A stretch of 64,000 nucleotides of DNA from Candidatus Thorarchaeota archaeon. Its GTDB lineage: Archaea; Asgardarchaeota; Thorarchaeia; Thorarchaeales; Thorarchaeaceae. The stretch lies in assembly GCA_963726195.1 (NCBI GenBank), contig CAVSBO010000018.1, positions 1-64,000 on the forward strand, written 5' to 3'. Of the stretch, positions 1-9,048 are shown piece after piece; the stretch's first letter is position 1; each line of letters begins with the position of its first letter. A model generated the notes under the pieces. It worked only from the letters and a program-made list of their open reading frames with translations. It was not told the origin of the DNA and made no database searches. The translations under genes were made by a program, and so were the position numbers.

Positions 1-71
1 TGGCTGTCGTTGGAGAATGAGGACCGGTTCACATCGGGTCCGAAGGCAGCCTTCCTGCTCTAGGACCCGGT

Positions 72-281
72 TCATACCTTGCGCTTGAACTCGGTATACC
101 CGCAGCGGCCGCATGCAAAGCGGTTGAAGTGCTCAGCCATGTAGGTGCCCTTTTCACATCTGGGGCAGGGTCTCCTAGTCGATGTGACCGTGCCGGATTT
201 CTCAACTTTGTAAAGCCCGCGAACGCTCTTCTTCTTCTTGGCCTTCTCCTTGGGTTTCTTCTCGGGAGCCTTCTCGGACAT
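72..281 (-). CDS. rps27ae: 30S ribosomal protein S27ae (eS31)
   Basis: CPRC...MAEHFNRFACGRCGYTEF zinc ribbon; follows S24e as in the conserved archaeal cluster. Confidence 0.95.
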   Translation of the reverse strand: MSEKAPEKKPKEKAKKKKSVRGLYKVEKSGTVTSTRRPCPRCEKGTYMAEHFNRFACGRCGYTEFKRKV

Positions 282-284
282 CTA

Positions 285-938
285 TTAACTCTCCTCCTTC
301 TCGCCCTTGCTCTTCTTCTTTCCAGCAGCGGCCTCTTTCTTGTCTGCGCCCTCTTTCTTCTTCTCGGGAGTCTTCTCCTTGGGCTTCTCTTCCGCTTCAG
401 GAGCCTTCTTGCCCTTCGCACCCTTCTTCTCAGCGGGTGCAGCTTCTTTCACCTTCGGAGCTTTCTCTGCGACTTCTTCCTCAGCCTCAAGCTCTCCCTC
501 GGCCTCCATCTCTAGAGGTGCGGCTTCCTCGACCTCTGGGGTCTCTTCCGCAATCTCCTCCACAGGTGCGGCCTCTTTCTTCTCTGGTTTCTTCTTCTCA
601 GGCTTAGCAGGTGCCTCCTCAGGCTTCTCCGCCTCGCCCTCGCCTTCCTTCTTCTTAGGCTCATGTCGCTTCAGAATGTAATCAACTTCAACACGCTTCG
701 CCTGAGCAACATCATTGTAGATTCTGGCTCGGCCTTCGGTCACCCCGATACCAAATCTGGTTGCTAGCGATCTTATGACGACGGTTGATGGGTCAGAGTC
801 GAGCTGCGCAGCAATCGTCGCACGAATGTCCGCCCTGCTGGGAGTGGTGCCGCCAACATGCTCGATTCTGAAGTCCACTTCCTTTCTCTTGAGAACCTTG
901 TTCTCTTTCTGGCGAATAATGTCAACCTTCACTGGCAT
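285..938 (-). CDS. rps24e: 30S ribosomal protein S24e with ~120 aa Glu/Lys/Ala/Pro-rich C-terminal extension
   Basis: KENKVLKRKEV..H.GGTTPSR...FG.G...G.ARIY motif in the first ~95 aa; low-complexity tail. Confidence 0.95.
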   Translation of the reverse strand: MPVKVDIIRQKENKVLKRKEVDFRIEHVGGTTPSRADIRATIAAQLDSDPSTVVIRSLATRFGIGVTEGRARIYNDVAQAKRVEVDYILKRHEPKKKEGEGEAEKPEEAPAKPEKKKPEKKEAAPVEEIAEETPEVEEAAPLEMEAEGELEAEEEVAEKAPKVKEAAPAEKKGAKGKKAPEAEEKPKEKTPEKKKEGADKKEAAAGKKKSKGEKEES

Positions 939-1033
939 CACACTCCAGTATTACGCCGTCTAGAGGGCGGGTCAGGCATCCGACTTGAGGTCCTCTAATA
1001 AAGCTTTCACCATAGACGATGACAGGAGTCTAT

Positions 1034-1246
1034 CTATCGAACCTTTAGGGCGTACTTACCGGGTTTATCGATGTTCAAGCGTTCAGCAATGTAAGACGTT
1101 TTTCTGGGGTCGTCGTGTGGATTGCGGCCCGGCAAAACCACGACTATGCCCGTATACGAACTTGAGAGGTTGGTGCTCTTGCAGTTGGGGCACTGATTCT
1201 CGATCGTGAGGTAGTGGCACTGTCGACATGCCTTCAACTTAGTCAA
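1034..1246 (-). CDS. spt4: Transcription elongation factor Spt4 (RpoE2)
   Basis: ACRQCHYL...CPNC...S.IAERLNIDKPGKYALKVR. Confidence 0.95.
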   Translation of the reverse strand: MTKLKACRQCHYLTIENQCPNCKSTNLSSSYTGIVVVLPGRNPHDDPRKTSYIAERLNIDKPGKYALKVR

Positions 1247-1252
1247 TCACAA

Positions 1253-1867
1253 TCACCTTGTCTGCTTTTCCGCTTGCTTCTTCTTCTCTTTCTTTGGCCC
1301 TTCGCCTCGGGCTGCCTTCACATCTTGGTCGACCCATGACTGGTCAGGTCCAATCTTGCCAAGGAAAGGTTGTCGCATGGTCAGTCCAAGCTTACCTGAC
1401 CTGTTACCTGACTCAAAGCTGATGGAGGTGATTCGAGCCCGGACTTGGTCTCCCTCAGTGAGAATCCTTCCCGACTCCTTGCCCAGAAGGGCGTTTCCCT
1501 TTGAGTCCTGGGTTATGAAATCATCACATATTTGGCTCACGTGGCAGAGCCCATCAAGAGGACCCATGCGGATGAAGGCTCCAAAGTCCATGAGCTCTAC
1601 AACATTACCTTCCACAAGTTCTCCACGAACCGGCTTGAAGACAAGCACCTTGTAGGTGACTGAGTGGTAAGTTGCGCCGTCTCCCGGAATCAAGCGGCCC
1701 TGCCCGATATCATCAATCTCTATGACTGCGACTATTAGACCTATATCCCGATCCAATACGTTCTCGTGGCTCTTGCGGAGGTGCTCCAAGGCCGTCTCTT
1801 CAATAGGCTGCCCGAACTGATTTGGAGGGATTCTTACTATGTCCTTTACAGTTACAATACTATACAC
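1253..1867 (-). CDS. rpoE1: DNA-directed RNA polymerase subunit Rpo7 (E')
   Basis: VRIPP..FG, GDGATYH, FGAFIRMGPLDGLCHVSQI, LTMRQPFLGK motifs. Confidence 0.96.
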   Translation of the reverse strand: MYSIVTVKDIVRIPPNQFGQPIEETALEHLRKSHENVLDRDIGLIVAVIEIDDIGQGRLIPGDGATYHSVTYKVLVFKPVRGELVEGNVVELMDFGAFIRMGPLDGLCHVSQICDDFITQDSKGNALLGKESGRILTEGDQVRARITSISFESGNRSGKLGLTMRQPFLGKIGPDQSWVDQDVKAARGEGPKKEKKKQAEKQTR

Positions 1868-1995
1868 GTACGGACGCTCCTCGCCTGACAGGGCAACATT
1901 CAGAACAATCAGTCATCGGCAAGTCACCGATGGTCTAACTCCGACGGCTCAGCGGTGCCACTTCTTGGTTACAATAAAAACGTTTTGAACAGGTC

Positions 1996-2400
1996 TCAAA
2001 CAACGCTGCCCTCAAGAGCAAGCCGCTTCTTGCCACGCATGAGGAGAACAGGGAGTCCTCGTTCGCGTGCACGCTCTCTCAGTCTTCTGTCATTTGTCGC
2101 TAGGATTCCCTTGATAGACATCGTGTATTCCAGCAGCTGATCGTCCACAGGAAGGCCCGCAATGCTTGGATCAATGGTAACGGTTCTGCACCGTTTCGCC
2201 AGATCGTTTGCTATCAGGAACTTCCGATCTCTTGGACTGTCGCCCGACTTGGTTCTCGTTCCGATTTCTTGAAGCACAGATGTCAGTAGAATGAATTCTA
2301 TGCTTCTTTCAAGTACTCGTTTTGACTCTGCAAACACATCTATGCCGAACTCTGCAGGAATCAGCAGGAAACTTGTATCAACAACCACAGCGACGACCAT
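1996..2400 (-). CDS. PIN-domain protein (Fcf1/Utp24-like)
   Basis: VVDTSFLL, VDDQLL, LATNDRRL PIN motifs; conserved position between aIF2g and rpoE1. Confidence 0.88.
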   Translation of the reverse strand: MVVAVVVDTSFLLIPAEFGIDVFAESKRVLERSIEFILLTSVLQEIGTRTKSGDSPRDRKFLIANDLAKRCRTVTIDPSIAGLPVDDQLLEYTMSIKGILATNDRRLRERARERGLPVLLMRGKKRLALEGSVV

Positions 2401-2424
2401 TGGCTCACATAACCGGATAGTTGT

Positions 2425-3666
2425 CTACACAACAGCATGGCCTATCAGTCGCCACTTGTTGTCAACTCTGCGACCAATGGCTATGCGTTGACCCTTCTCT
2501 GCACAGACCGGTCTTTTCAGTTCAACTTCTATCTGCTCCCCGTGGAGTCTCGTAATGACCCCGACCGTGGCCGCAGTTCCTATGACGAGCATCAGTGGCT
2601 CATTCAATTTCAGGTTTTCAATCTCCTGTTTTGCCTCGGTCCCAACAAGCCTCTGCATCAAGACCGGCTGCATCATCATCTTTGACAGAGTCTTAGGCAT
2701 CTTGCCAGAAGTACCCACTATACTGCCTACAAGTCGGTCTGCACGCGTGAATGCAGGGTCCAGAGATGTTCCCACGCCTATCAGCCCTCCTGGCCGAGCC
2801 ACTTCTAGTTGGTTTCCACTGCCAGAGAGGAGGCTTACAATCTGTGTCTTGATCGGAGTGAATCCCTTGTCTGTCTTGTACCCCGGAGCAATCTCTACGT
2901 CGTCACCTAACTTGAGCTCTCCTTCAACAATGGATCCTCCAACCACTCCGCCCTTCAGGTCGTTTGGCAGTGTTCCCGGCGGATTCACCTCGAAGGATCT
3001 GGCAACAAGCATCTTGGGTGGCACTGAGTTATCTCTGTCGGGGGTTGGAATGACTTCTTCGATTGTCTGGACAAGTAGGTCCATGTTCGCAGCAAACACA
3101 GCAGAGACTGGAATAATGGGCGCATTCTCCACTGAGGTACCCTTGATGAAATCCTTGATCTGCTTGTAGTGCTTTCTGGCCTGTTCGGGTGTGATTAGTT
3201 CTATCTTATTCTGCACAATGATGATGTTCTTCACACCCACGATTTCAAGAGCGTGAAGATGTTCTGCTGTCTGCGGCATGGGACATGGTTCGTTGGCTGC
3301 AATCACGAGAATTGCCCCGTCCATTAAGCTGGCCCCGCTGAGGCACGTTGCCATCAGTGATTCATGACCCGGGCTGTCAACAAACGATATCTCTCTGAGA
3401 ACCTCAAGTTCTCCTCCGCACTTGGGACATTTTCCATCCTTTGCCAAATGTGCCGTAGTGTAAGCGTCAGGCGCAGGGCAGCTCGTACACTTCATGGTTA
3501 TTGTCGCCGCATAACCGAGCTTGATCGATATTCCTCTCTTTATCTCGTCAGAGTGGCGGTCTGTCCATTCTCCTGTTAGACACTGTACTAGTGTTGTCTT
3601 ACCATGGTCAACGTGGCCGAGTGTACCGATATTGACTTCACTCTGGCCTTCGTATTTTCTGGGCAC
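2425..3666 (-). CDS. eif2g: Translation initiation factor aIF2 gamma subunit
   Basis: GHVDHGKTT, RGISIKLGYA, DSPGHE, QNKIE, WRLIG. Confidence 0.97.
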   Translation of the reverse strand: MPRKYEGQSEVNIGTLGHVDHGKTTLVQCLTGEWTDRHSDEIKRGISIKLGYAATITMKCTSCPAPDAYTTAHLAKDGKCPKCGGELEVLREISFVDSPGHESLMATCLSGASLMDGAILVIAANEPCPMPQTAEHLHALEIVGVKNIIIVQNKIELITPEQARKHYKQIKDFIKGTSVENAPIIPVSAVFAANMDLLVQTIEEVIPTPDRDNSVPPKMLVARSFEVNPPGTLPNDLKGGVVGGSIVEGELKLGDDVEIAPGYKTDKGFTPIKTQIVSLLSGSGNQLEVARPGGLIGVGTSLDPAFTRADRLVGSIVGTSGKMPKTLSKMMMQPVLMQRLVGTEAKQEIENLKLNEPLMLVIGTAATVGVITRLHGEQIEVELKRPVCAEKGQRIAIGRRVDNKWRLIGHAVV

Positions 3667-3803
3667 CTAGTGTTCACATCCGGCTATGCCTTACTCTTAC
3701 GCAGAGGAGCTTCTTTTACTCCTCATATGAACTCTATGGTATTACATACTAACTGTATCGAAAAGCAAGAAGAAGACAGAGAGTTGATAACGGATAGACA
3801 AGA

Positions 3804-4187
3804 TTACGCTGTCTTCATCACGAGTTCTTCTAGAGGCTTGGTGCCCTTCTCCTCAACCCGGACGTTGACCTGAGAAATCAAAGAGCTCAATTCCTTGCCA
3901 CGGACGGTCTTGCGTCGGCCCTCGCCAGCCCTCTTCGACCTGAATCCGGGTGGTCCATGTATCAACACTCTCTTCCTCCCGCTGCCGTGTACGTCCGGAC
4001 GGATAGGGAATCCAGCGGTATCACTTCCGCCAGTGATTTTGAGCTTGTAACCGGGCAGGCCTAGAGCATCTCCCTCAACGATTTCGCCGACTTTCTTGCC
4101 AATTAGATAATTGGTCTTCGTGTCGTCAAGTTCGTATTGGATGGCTTTGCCTGTATCAGGGGTTGAGATGACAAGTTTGAACGGCAA
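3804..4187 (-). CDS. rps6e: 30S ribosomal protein S6e
   Basis: GYKLKITGGSD.AGFP, GE.RRKTVRG. Confidence 0.96.
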   Translation of the reverse strand: MPFKLVISTPDTGKAIQYELDDTKTNYLIGKKVGEIVEGDALGLPGYKLKITGGSDTAGFPIRPDVHGSGRKRVLIHGPPGFRSKRAGEGRRKTVRGKELSSLISQVNVRVEEKGTKPLEELVMKTA

Positions 4188-4290
4188 CTGCTATTTCGCC
4201 TGCTGGAAGTTGTGCTAGCGTGCCCTTTGGCTTGGGCACCAGCGCATCCCAACTGGTCACACTTTATGAGGGTTTCGGCAGGTGCCATGA

Positions 4291-4447
4291 AGTTGGACAA
4301 ACTTGGGCATCGATGCAAAGGAGCACATAAGCGTCTGTGACGAATCCAATCAGAGAGGTCGAAACGACGCGACTCAGACCTCAGGGAGTTGCAACCCAGT
4401 GCCGTTTCTGGGCGGACAGAGACTCCTGTGTCCAACTTTGTCCAACT
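4291..4447. repeat. Imperfect 19-bp inverted repeat, each arm a 10-bp tandem repeat, enclosing a hairpin-rich spacer
   Basis: AGTTGGACAAACTTGGGCA (4291-4309) vs the reverse complement of 4429-4447, AGTTGGACAAAGTTGGACA: 17/19 identical. Confidence 0.6.
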
Positions 4448-4584
4448 CACAATGAACGGTTTTGGTCGGGCTGAGCGTCAAACCGGCCCGCCCCCTTATC
4501 AATCGGACAGACCTGCTACGCAACTGTTATAATAGGCTCGACTTCCCGGCGCTTTCAGAATCCAATGGCATGCCGTGATAGATC

Positions 4585-5754
4585 ATGGATCCTATTACAG
4601 TCCTTGAGATACTGGCCGTTATCTACATCGCAATCTATGCTGTTGTGCAAGCCATTGGAGTTGAGAAGTTCAGTTCGAGAGGCATCGAGGCCGGTGCCCC
4701 ATTTTTCATAATGATAAAGACGAAGAGGCTGAACGCGTTTCTTACAAGGGCGGGTAAGAAGTTCCCTCGGGCCTTTTTCAACCTAGGCGTCGTTGTAGCA
4801 TTCGGAGGCATGGCATTCGGATTCTGGATGTTCGGCGAGAATCTACTGCGGTTCTTCATACAGCCCGAGACGGCAGGCGGTGTGGTTCCCGTCATACCGG
4901 GCATAACGGTAACGGGTCTTCCTCTGGTCTACATGTTAATCGGGCTCGCGGTGGCATTGATTACACACGAGTTCGCACATGGTCTTGCGTCTGCTAGGGA
5001 GAGCATACCAATCAAGAGTTCAGGTCTGATGTTCCTGTTTGTCCTCTTTGGAGCTTTCGTAGAACCCGACGAGGAGGTCATGGAGAAGCAGTCCAGTCCG
5101 CAATCACGGATGCGACTCCTTGCCGCCGGTGCATATTCAAACCTGATTTTCGCTCTCATTGTCTTCCTATTGATGGCGAACTTCAATTCGCTAATGTCCA
5201 TAGGGTTCAATCCACCAAGCGGAGCATACATCTACGACACTGTGCCAGGAACTCCGGGCGGTCAGTCTTTGCAGGTTGGCGATGTCATAATCGGTCTGAA
5301 TCAGAGCACGATTAAGCAGTGGTCAGATGTTTCTGTTTTCCTGTATAACGCCTCGGCTGGATCACTAGTCACGATACACATGCTCCGGGGAAATGTCAGC
5401 ATCCATCTGGCCAATAATCCTAGTAATGCATCGAAAGGGTACATAGGGATCTATGGAGCCGATTACTGGGAACCCAGACCGGGCTGGACTTGGATACCAT
5501 TCGGCACGATGTTTGTATTCCACTCCCAACAGATTCTTGTCTGGTCATTTGTCATCCTATTCTCCGTGGCTCTGTTCAACCTGCTTCCCATTCCTGCACT
5601 TGACGGAGACAAGCTCCTTTCAAACGCACTCAGTCTGAAGATAAAGAACAAGAGGACGCTGATGGGCATTATGTGGCCCATGAGGATTGCAGCAGTATCA
5701 ATGATTGTCTTGAGTATGGTTCTCTCTCTATGGTTTGGCAAAGGTCTGTTCTAG
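4585..5754 (+). CDS. Site-2 protease (M50) with PDZ domain
   Basis: HEFAH, GAFVEP, AAGAYSN, NLLPIPALDG motifs; PDZ-like LQVGDVIIGLN. Confidence 0.93.
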   Translation: MDPITVLEILAVIYIAIYAVVQAIGVEKFSSRGIEAGAPFFIMIKTKRLNAFLTRAGKKFPRAFFNLGVVVAFGGMAFGFWMFGENLLRFFIQPETAGGVVPVIPGITVTGLPLVYMLIGLAVALITHEFAHGLASARESIPIKSSGLMFLFVLFGAFVEPDEEVMEKQSSPQSRMRLLAAGAYSNLIFALIVFLLMANFNSLMSIGFNPPSGAYIYDTVPGTPGGQSLQVGDVIIGLNQSTIKQWSDVSVFLYNASAGSLVTIHMLRGNVSIHLANNPSNASKGYIGIYGADYWEPRPGWTWIPFGTMFVFHSQQILVWSFVILFSVALFNLLPIPALDGDKLLSNALSLKIKNKRTLMGIMWPMRIAAVSMIVLSMVLSLWFGKGLF

Positions 5755-5876
5755 TTGGGACCGGTTCAATCACAATACAACACGATTGACAGGCAATAGG
5801 TGTAGTTAGAGAGAAACCGTCCGATGACTAATCTTAACTGGTGATGCTATCTAACTCCCTCTGCCAAGTGGTTCAG

Positions 5877-6806
5877 ATGCAATCTAAGTGTTCGAAGTGC
5901 AATCAGCCCGCTGTTTACCTGCGCCGATACACGTCAGAATCCCTCTGCAAATCCTGCTTGGTGAAGACCACTGTGGAACGAGTCCGGCGAACCATAACCA
6001 GGAACCAGATGCTAAAAGAAGATGATAGAATCGTTGTTGGCGTGTCCGGGGGCAAGGACAGCGCCACACTTCTAGACACGCTTGTCAGAATTGAAAGGGA
6101 CTTCCCACAGGCTGAACTAATTCCAGTGCTAATCGATGAGGGCATAGAGGGGTACAGGGACAAGGGACTTGACGCAGCCCTCAAACTGACGTCATCATTT
6201 GGTCTAAAGCTCGAGATTCGCACGTTCAAGGATCTTTACGGTCACACGCTGGACGACATTGTCCGCCTGCGACCGGCCAACTCCTACGGGGCATGCGCAT
6301 ACTGTGGCGTTCTCAGGAGGCGTGCTCTGAACACAGCGGCACTGGAACTCGAAGCTGACGTTGTTGCCACAGGCCATAACATGGATGATGAGGCTCAGAC
6401 AGTACTGATGAACATCGTGCGAGGAGACAGTCATAGAATCGTCAGAACGAACAGACTCCGAGATCAATCCATCGAGGGATTCGTTCCAAGGGTCAAGCCT
6501 CTCAATGAGGTATCTACCAGAGACACGGTTGTCTATGCATATCATGTTGGATTGCCATACCACGACATTCCGTGTCCATACGCGAGCGAGGCGCTTCGCA
6601 ACGACTTGAGGCTATTTCTGAACGAGATGGAGCACAAGCGGCCAGGGACTCTGCTTGCCGTTCTCCACTCAGGTGAGCTCATAGCAGAGGCAATGGAGAC
6701 ACAAAAGGGCGCATCGGATGTCACAGTTTGTGAGAGCTGTGGCGAGCCTGCTTCTTCCCGACTGTGCAAAGCCTGTGAGATACTTCAGGAAATCGAAAGG
6801 TGGTAG
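5877..6806 (+). CDS. tRNA 2-thiolation protein NcsA/Ncs6/TtuA (PP-loop ATPase)
   Basis: SGGKDS PP-loop, CAYCGVLRR, ATGHNMDD, terminal Zn fingers. Confidence 0.92.
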   Translation: MQSKCSKCNQPAVYLRRYTSESLCKSCLVKTTVERVRRTITRNQMLKEDDRIVVGVSGGKDSATLLDTLVRIERDFPQAELIPVLIDEGIEGYRDKGLDAALKLTSSFGLKLEIRTFKDLYGHTLDDIVRLRPANSYGACAYCGVLRRRALNTAALELEADVVATGHNMDDEAQTVLMNIVRGDSHRIVRTNRLRDQSIEGFVPRVKPLNEVSTRDTVVYAYHVGLPYHDIPCPYASEALRNDLRLFLNEMEHKRPGTLLAVLHSGELIAEAMETQKGASDVTVCESCGEPASSRLCKACEILQEIERW

Positions 6807-6816
6807 GGCGCAGCCA

Positions 6817-7932
6817 ATGACACGTGCTACTAAGCAGATTGTTGGAGATTCGCTTCTTATTGGAAAGCTTCCAACGGGCTGCAGGCTGTGTGCCACGGGG
6901 TCAAAGATGGTCCTTTTCGTGACTGGCTTGTGTGACAGTTCGTGTTATTACTGTCCGCTATCTATAGAGAAGGCCGGCAAAGACGTCACATTCGCAGATG
7001 AGGTGCCTGTTATCTCGGACGCCGGCGTCATCTCTGAAGCAGATGCTATTGGCGCTAAAGGATCTGGGTTCAGTGGCGGTGATCCACTCTGCAAGATCGA
7101 ACGCACTCTGCATTACCTCGAATTGCTCAAGTCTGCTTACGGCGACGACTTCCACATCCATCTGTACACCAGCAAGTGCGACATTGACCGAGATACATTG
7201 AAGAAACTCAATGATGCGGGCCTTGACGAAATCAGGTTTCATCCGCAGACCTCTGACTGGACCGGCGTCGAATTTGCGGTTAGCGTCGGGATGAACGTGG
7301 GCTTGGAAGTGCCCGCCATCCCCGGTACTGCTGATCGGTTGCAGGCTCTGGCAATCAGGGCTGAAGAAGTTGGCGTATCATTTGTCAATATCAACGAGCT
7401 CGAGGCAAGCGAATCCAACTTTCATCATTTGGCATCTCTTGGAATGAAGCTCGCGAGCTTGGACGCGTCCAGCGTAGCAGGAAGTAGAGAGACTGCAAGA
7501 GAGGTCATGGATTGGGGATCCAAGAACTTGACCAACCTCTCACTCCACTACTGCTCTGCTCGATTCAAGGATGCGGTACAACTGCGCAATCGGTTGGAGA
7601 GACGACTGAAAAGGACGCATCGGCCTTTCGAAGAACGCGATGACACGGATCCTCTGTTGATCCTAGGTATCATAAGGGCGCCGCACGGCCAGCGTCTTGG
7701 CTCGCCAGCACTGGCCTCAATACAGGATGTGCTGAAGACACGTTTTGACGTTCCATCCAATCTAATGAACGTCGACACGACCAGAATGCGAATTGAGATG
7801 GCACCATGGATTCTAGCAAAGATAGCTGGCGAACTCAAGAAGAATCTGGACAAAGGTCATGAACTCGAAATGGGCATTGCCTTTGAATACCCCTCATGGG
7901 ACCGGCTTCAGACTCTGTTCAACCCTCTCTAA
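6817..7932 (+). CDS. Radical SAM protein, uncharacterised archaeal family
   Basis: CDSSCYYCP (CxxxCxxC), SGGDPL, GLDEIRFHP. Confidence 0.9.
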   Translation: MTRATKQIVGDSLLIGKLPTGCRLCATGSKMVLFVTGLCDSSCYYCPLSIEKAGKDVTFADEVPVISDAGVISEADAIGAKGSGFSGGDPLCKIERTLHYLELLKSAYGDDFHIHLYTSKCDIDRDTLKKLNDAGLDEIRFHPQTSDWTGVEFAVSVGMNVGLEVPAIPGTADRLQALAIRAEEVGVSFVNINELEASESNFHHLASLGMKLASLDASSVAGSRETAREVMDWGSKNLTNLSLHYCSARFKDAVQLRNRLERRLKRTHRPFEERDDTDPLLILGIIRAPHGQRLGSPALASIQDVLKTRFDVPSNLMNVDTTRMRIEMAPWILAKIAGELKKNLDKGHELEMGIAFEYPSWDRLQTLFNPL

Positions 7933-9021
7933 TCATTCGCCCAGTCTGAATCTCAGAATAGCTGCGATTCCTCCGAGATGCTGTAGCTGGTCACCTGCTG
8001 GATGGTCTGTCGACACCACATTGAAGGCGGCACGAGTTTTTTCACTCTCACGAATCAGCTGGTCCAGCCATCTGCGTTGTTCATCTGTTCCCTCTCTCAG
8101 CTTCTTGTCCGTTATGAGCAAGTTCTGAATTGCTCCATACTGGGCTGCCTTCTCTACTTCCTTCTCACCATAGGTTGCAAGCCCGTCTCCCTTCGCCACA
8201 TGTGCAATGAAATCCTCAACCAGTTTTGTTTCGGTTTCAATCTTCAGCTCAGACAACGCATTCGAGATGACTCCTTTGTAGAGTATCTCCTTGGCACCGG
8301 GAATCCCTATGGAATTAGTACCTTCAACTACGATTGGCGGCATCCCTTTGACGCCTGTGGAAGACAGGTACTCCTTGAAATGCTCTTTCACAAAACCCGG
8401 TCCTGCTATAACTAGCAGACCGATTCTATTCTGTTCGAGCTGGGATTGAAGGGCAGTTGCAACTTCCGAAAAGAATTCCAACATTGTGGCGTCGTATGCC
8501 TTTTGGTCTCCATGTTTGCGCGATATGCTTGTATGTATGCTTACAGCCTCTCGTATTCCATAATCAGCGACGAGTATTATGTCTGAAGCACCATCTTCTA
8601 TCGTAACAACAGCACAGATTGGATGGGCCTGAGCACGTTCCGCTTCCTCGATTCGCTTGAGCAGAAAGTCTGGCCAGTGCGCTTTCACAATGGTCAGTAT
8701 GTCTCCCATCTCAATATTGAAAGTATGATAGGAGCCAACGCTTACGAGGTCAGCAGGCCCCTCACGGATTTTACCCTTTATCCTGACCCTGTTGGAGAAT
8801 GTATGAAATGCGACATCCTCGACGGACAGCACGAGGGTCATTGGCCTACGAACGCTATCCTGTTTCCTGTCGTCTTCGTCGCCGACCTTGATTCGCCGAA
8901 CAGTCCGGGCGATTACAACATCCCCTGCGGCCACGATATTGTATAGATGCCATAGGTCGTCCAGAGTTTCGATCTTGAGCTCAATCTTGCCCTCCTTCAA
9001 GATCCTCTTGATTACCTTCAA
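7933..9021 (-). CDS. pelA: mRNA surveillance protein Pelota
   Basis: DDLWHLYNI, GSYHTFNI, AGPGFVK, GDQLQHLGGIAAILRF. Confidence 0.96.
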   Translation of the reverse strand: MKVIKRILKEGKIELKIETLDDLWHLYNIVAAGDVVIARTVRRIKVGDEDDRKQDSVRRPMTLVLSVEDVAFHTFSNRVRIKGKIREGPADLVSVGSYHTFNIEMGDILTIVKAHWPDFLLKRIEEAERAQAHPICAVVTIEDGASDIILVADYGIREAVSIHTSISRKHGDQKAYDATMLEFFSEVATALQSQLEQNRIGLLVIAGPGFVKEHFKEYLSSTGVKGMPPIVVEGTNSIGIPGAKEILYKGVISNALSELKIETETKLVEDFIAHVAKGDGLATYGEKEVEKAAQYGAIQNLLITDKKLREGTDEQRRWLDQLIRESEKTRAAFNVVSTDHPAGDQLQHLGGIAAILRFRLGE

Positions 9022-9048
9022 TTTGATATCTAGCGCCTACCGTCTATA

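Noticed and set aside
29-681. Arg-rich, Leu-rich and Ser/Phe-rich ORFs
   Set aside because: Alternative-frame translations of the low-complexity eS24/eS31 tails.
4290-4500. SRP RNA or RNase P RNA
   Set aside because: Lacks the SRP helix-8 motif and the RNase P GAGGAAAGUCC / ACAGAA..CGGCUUA P4 elements.
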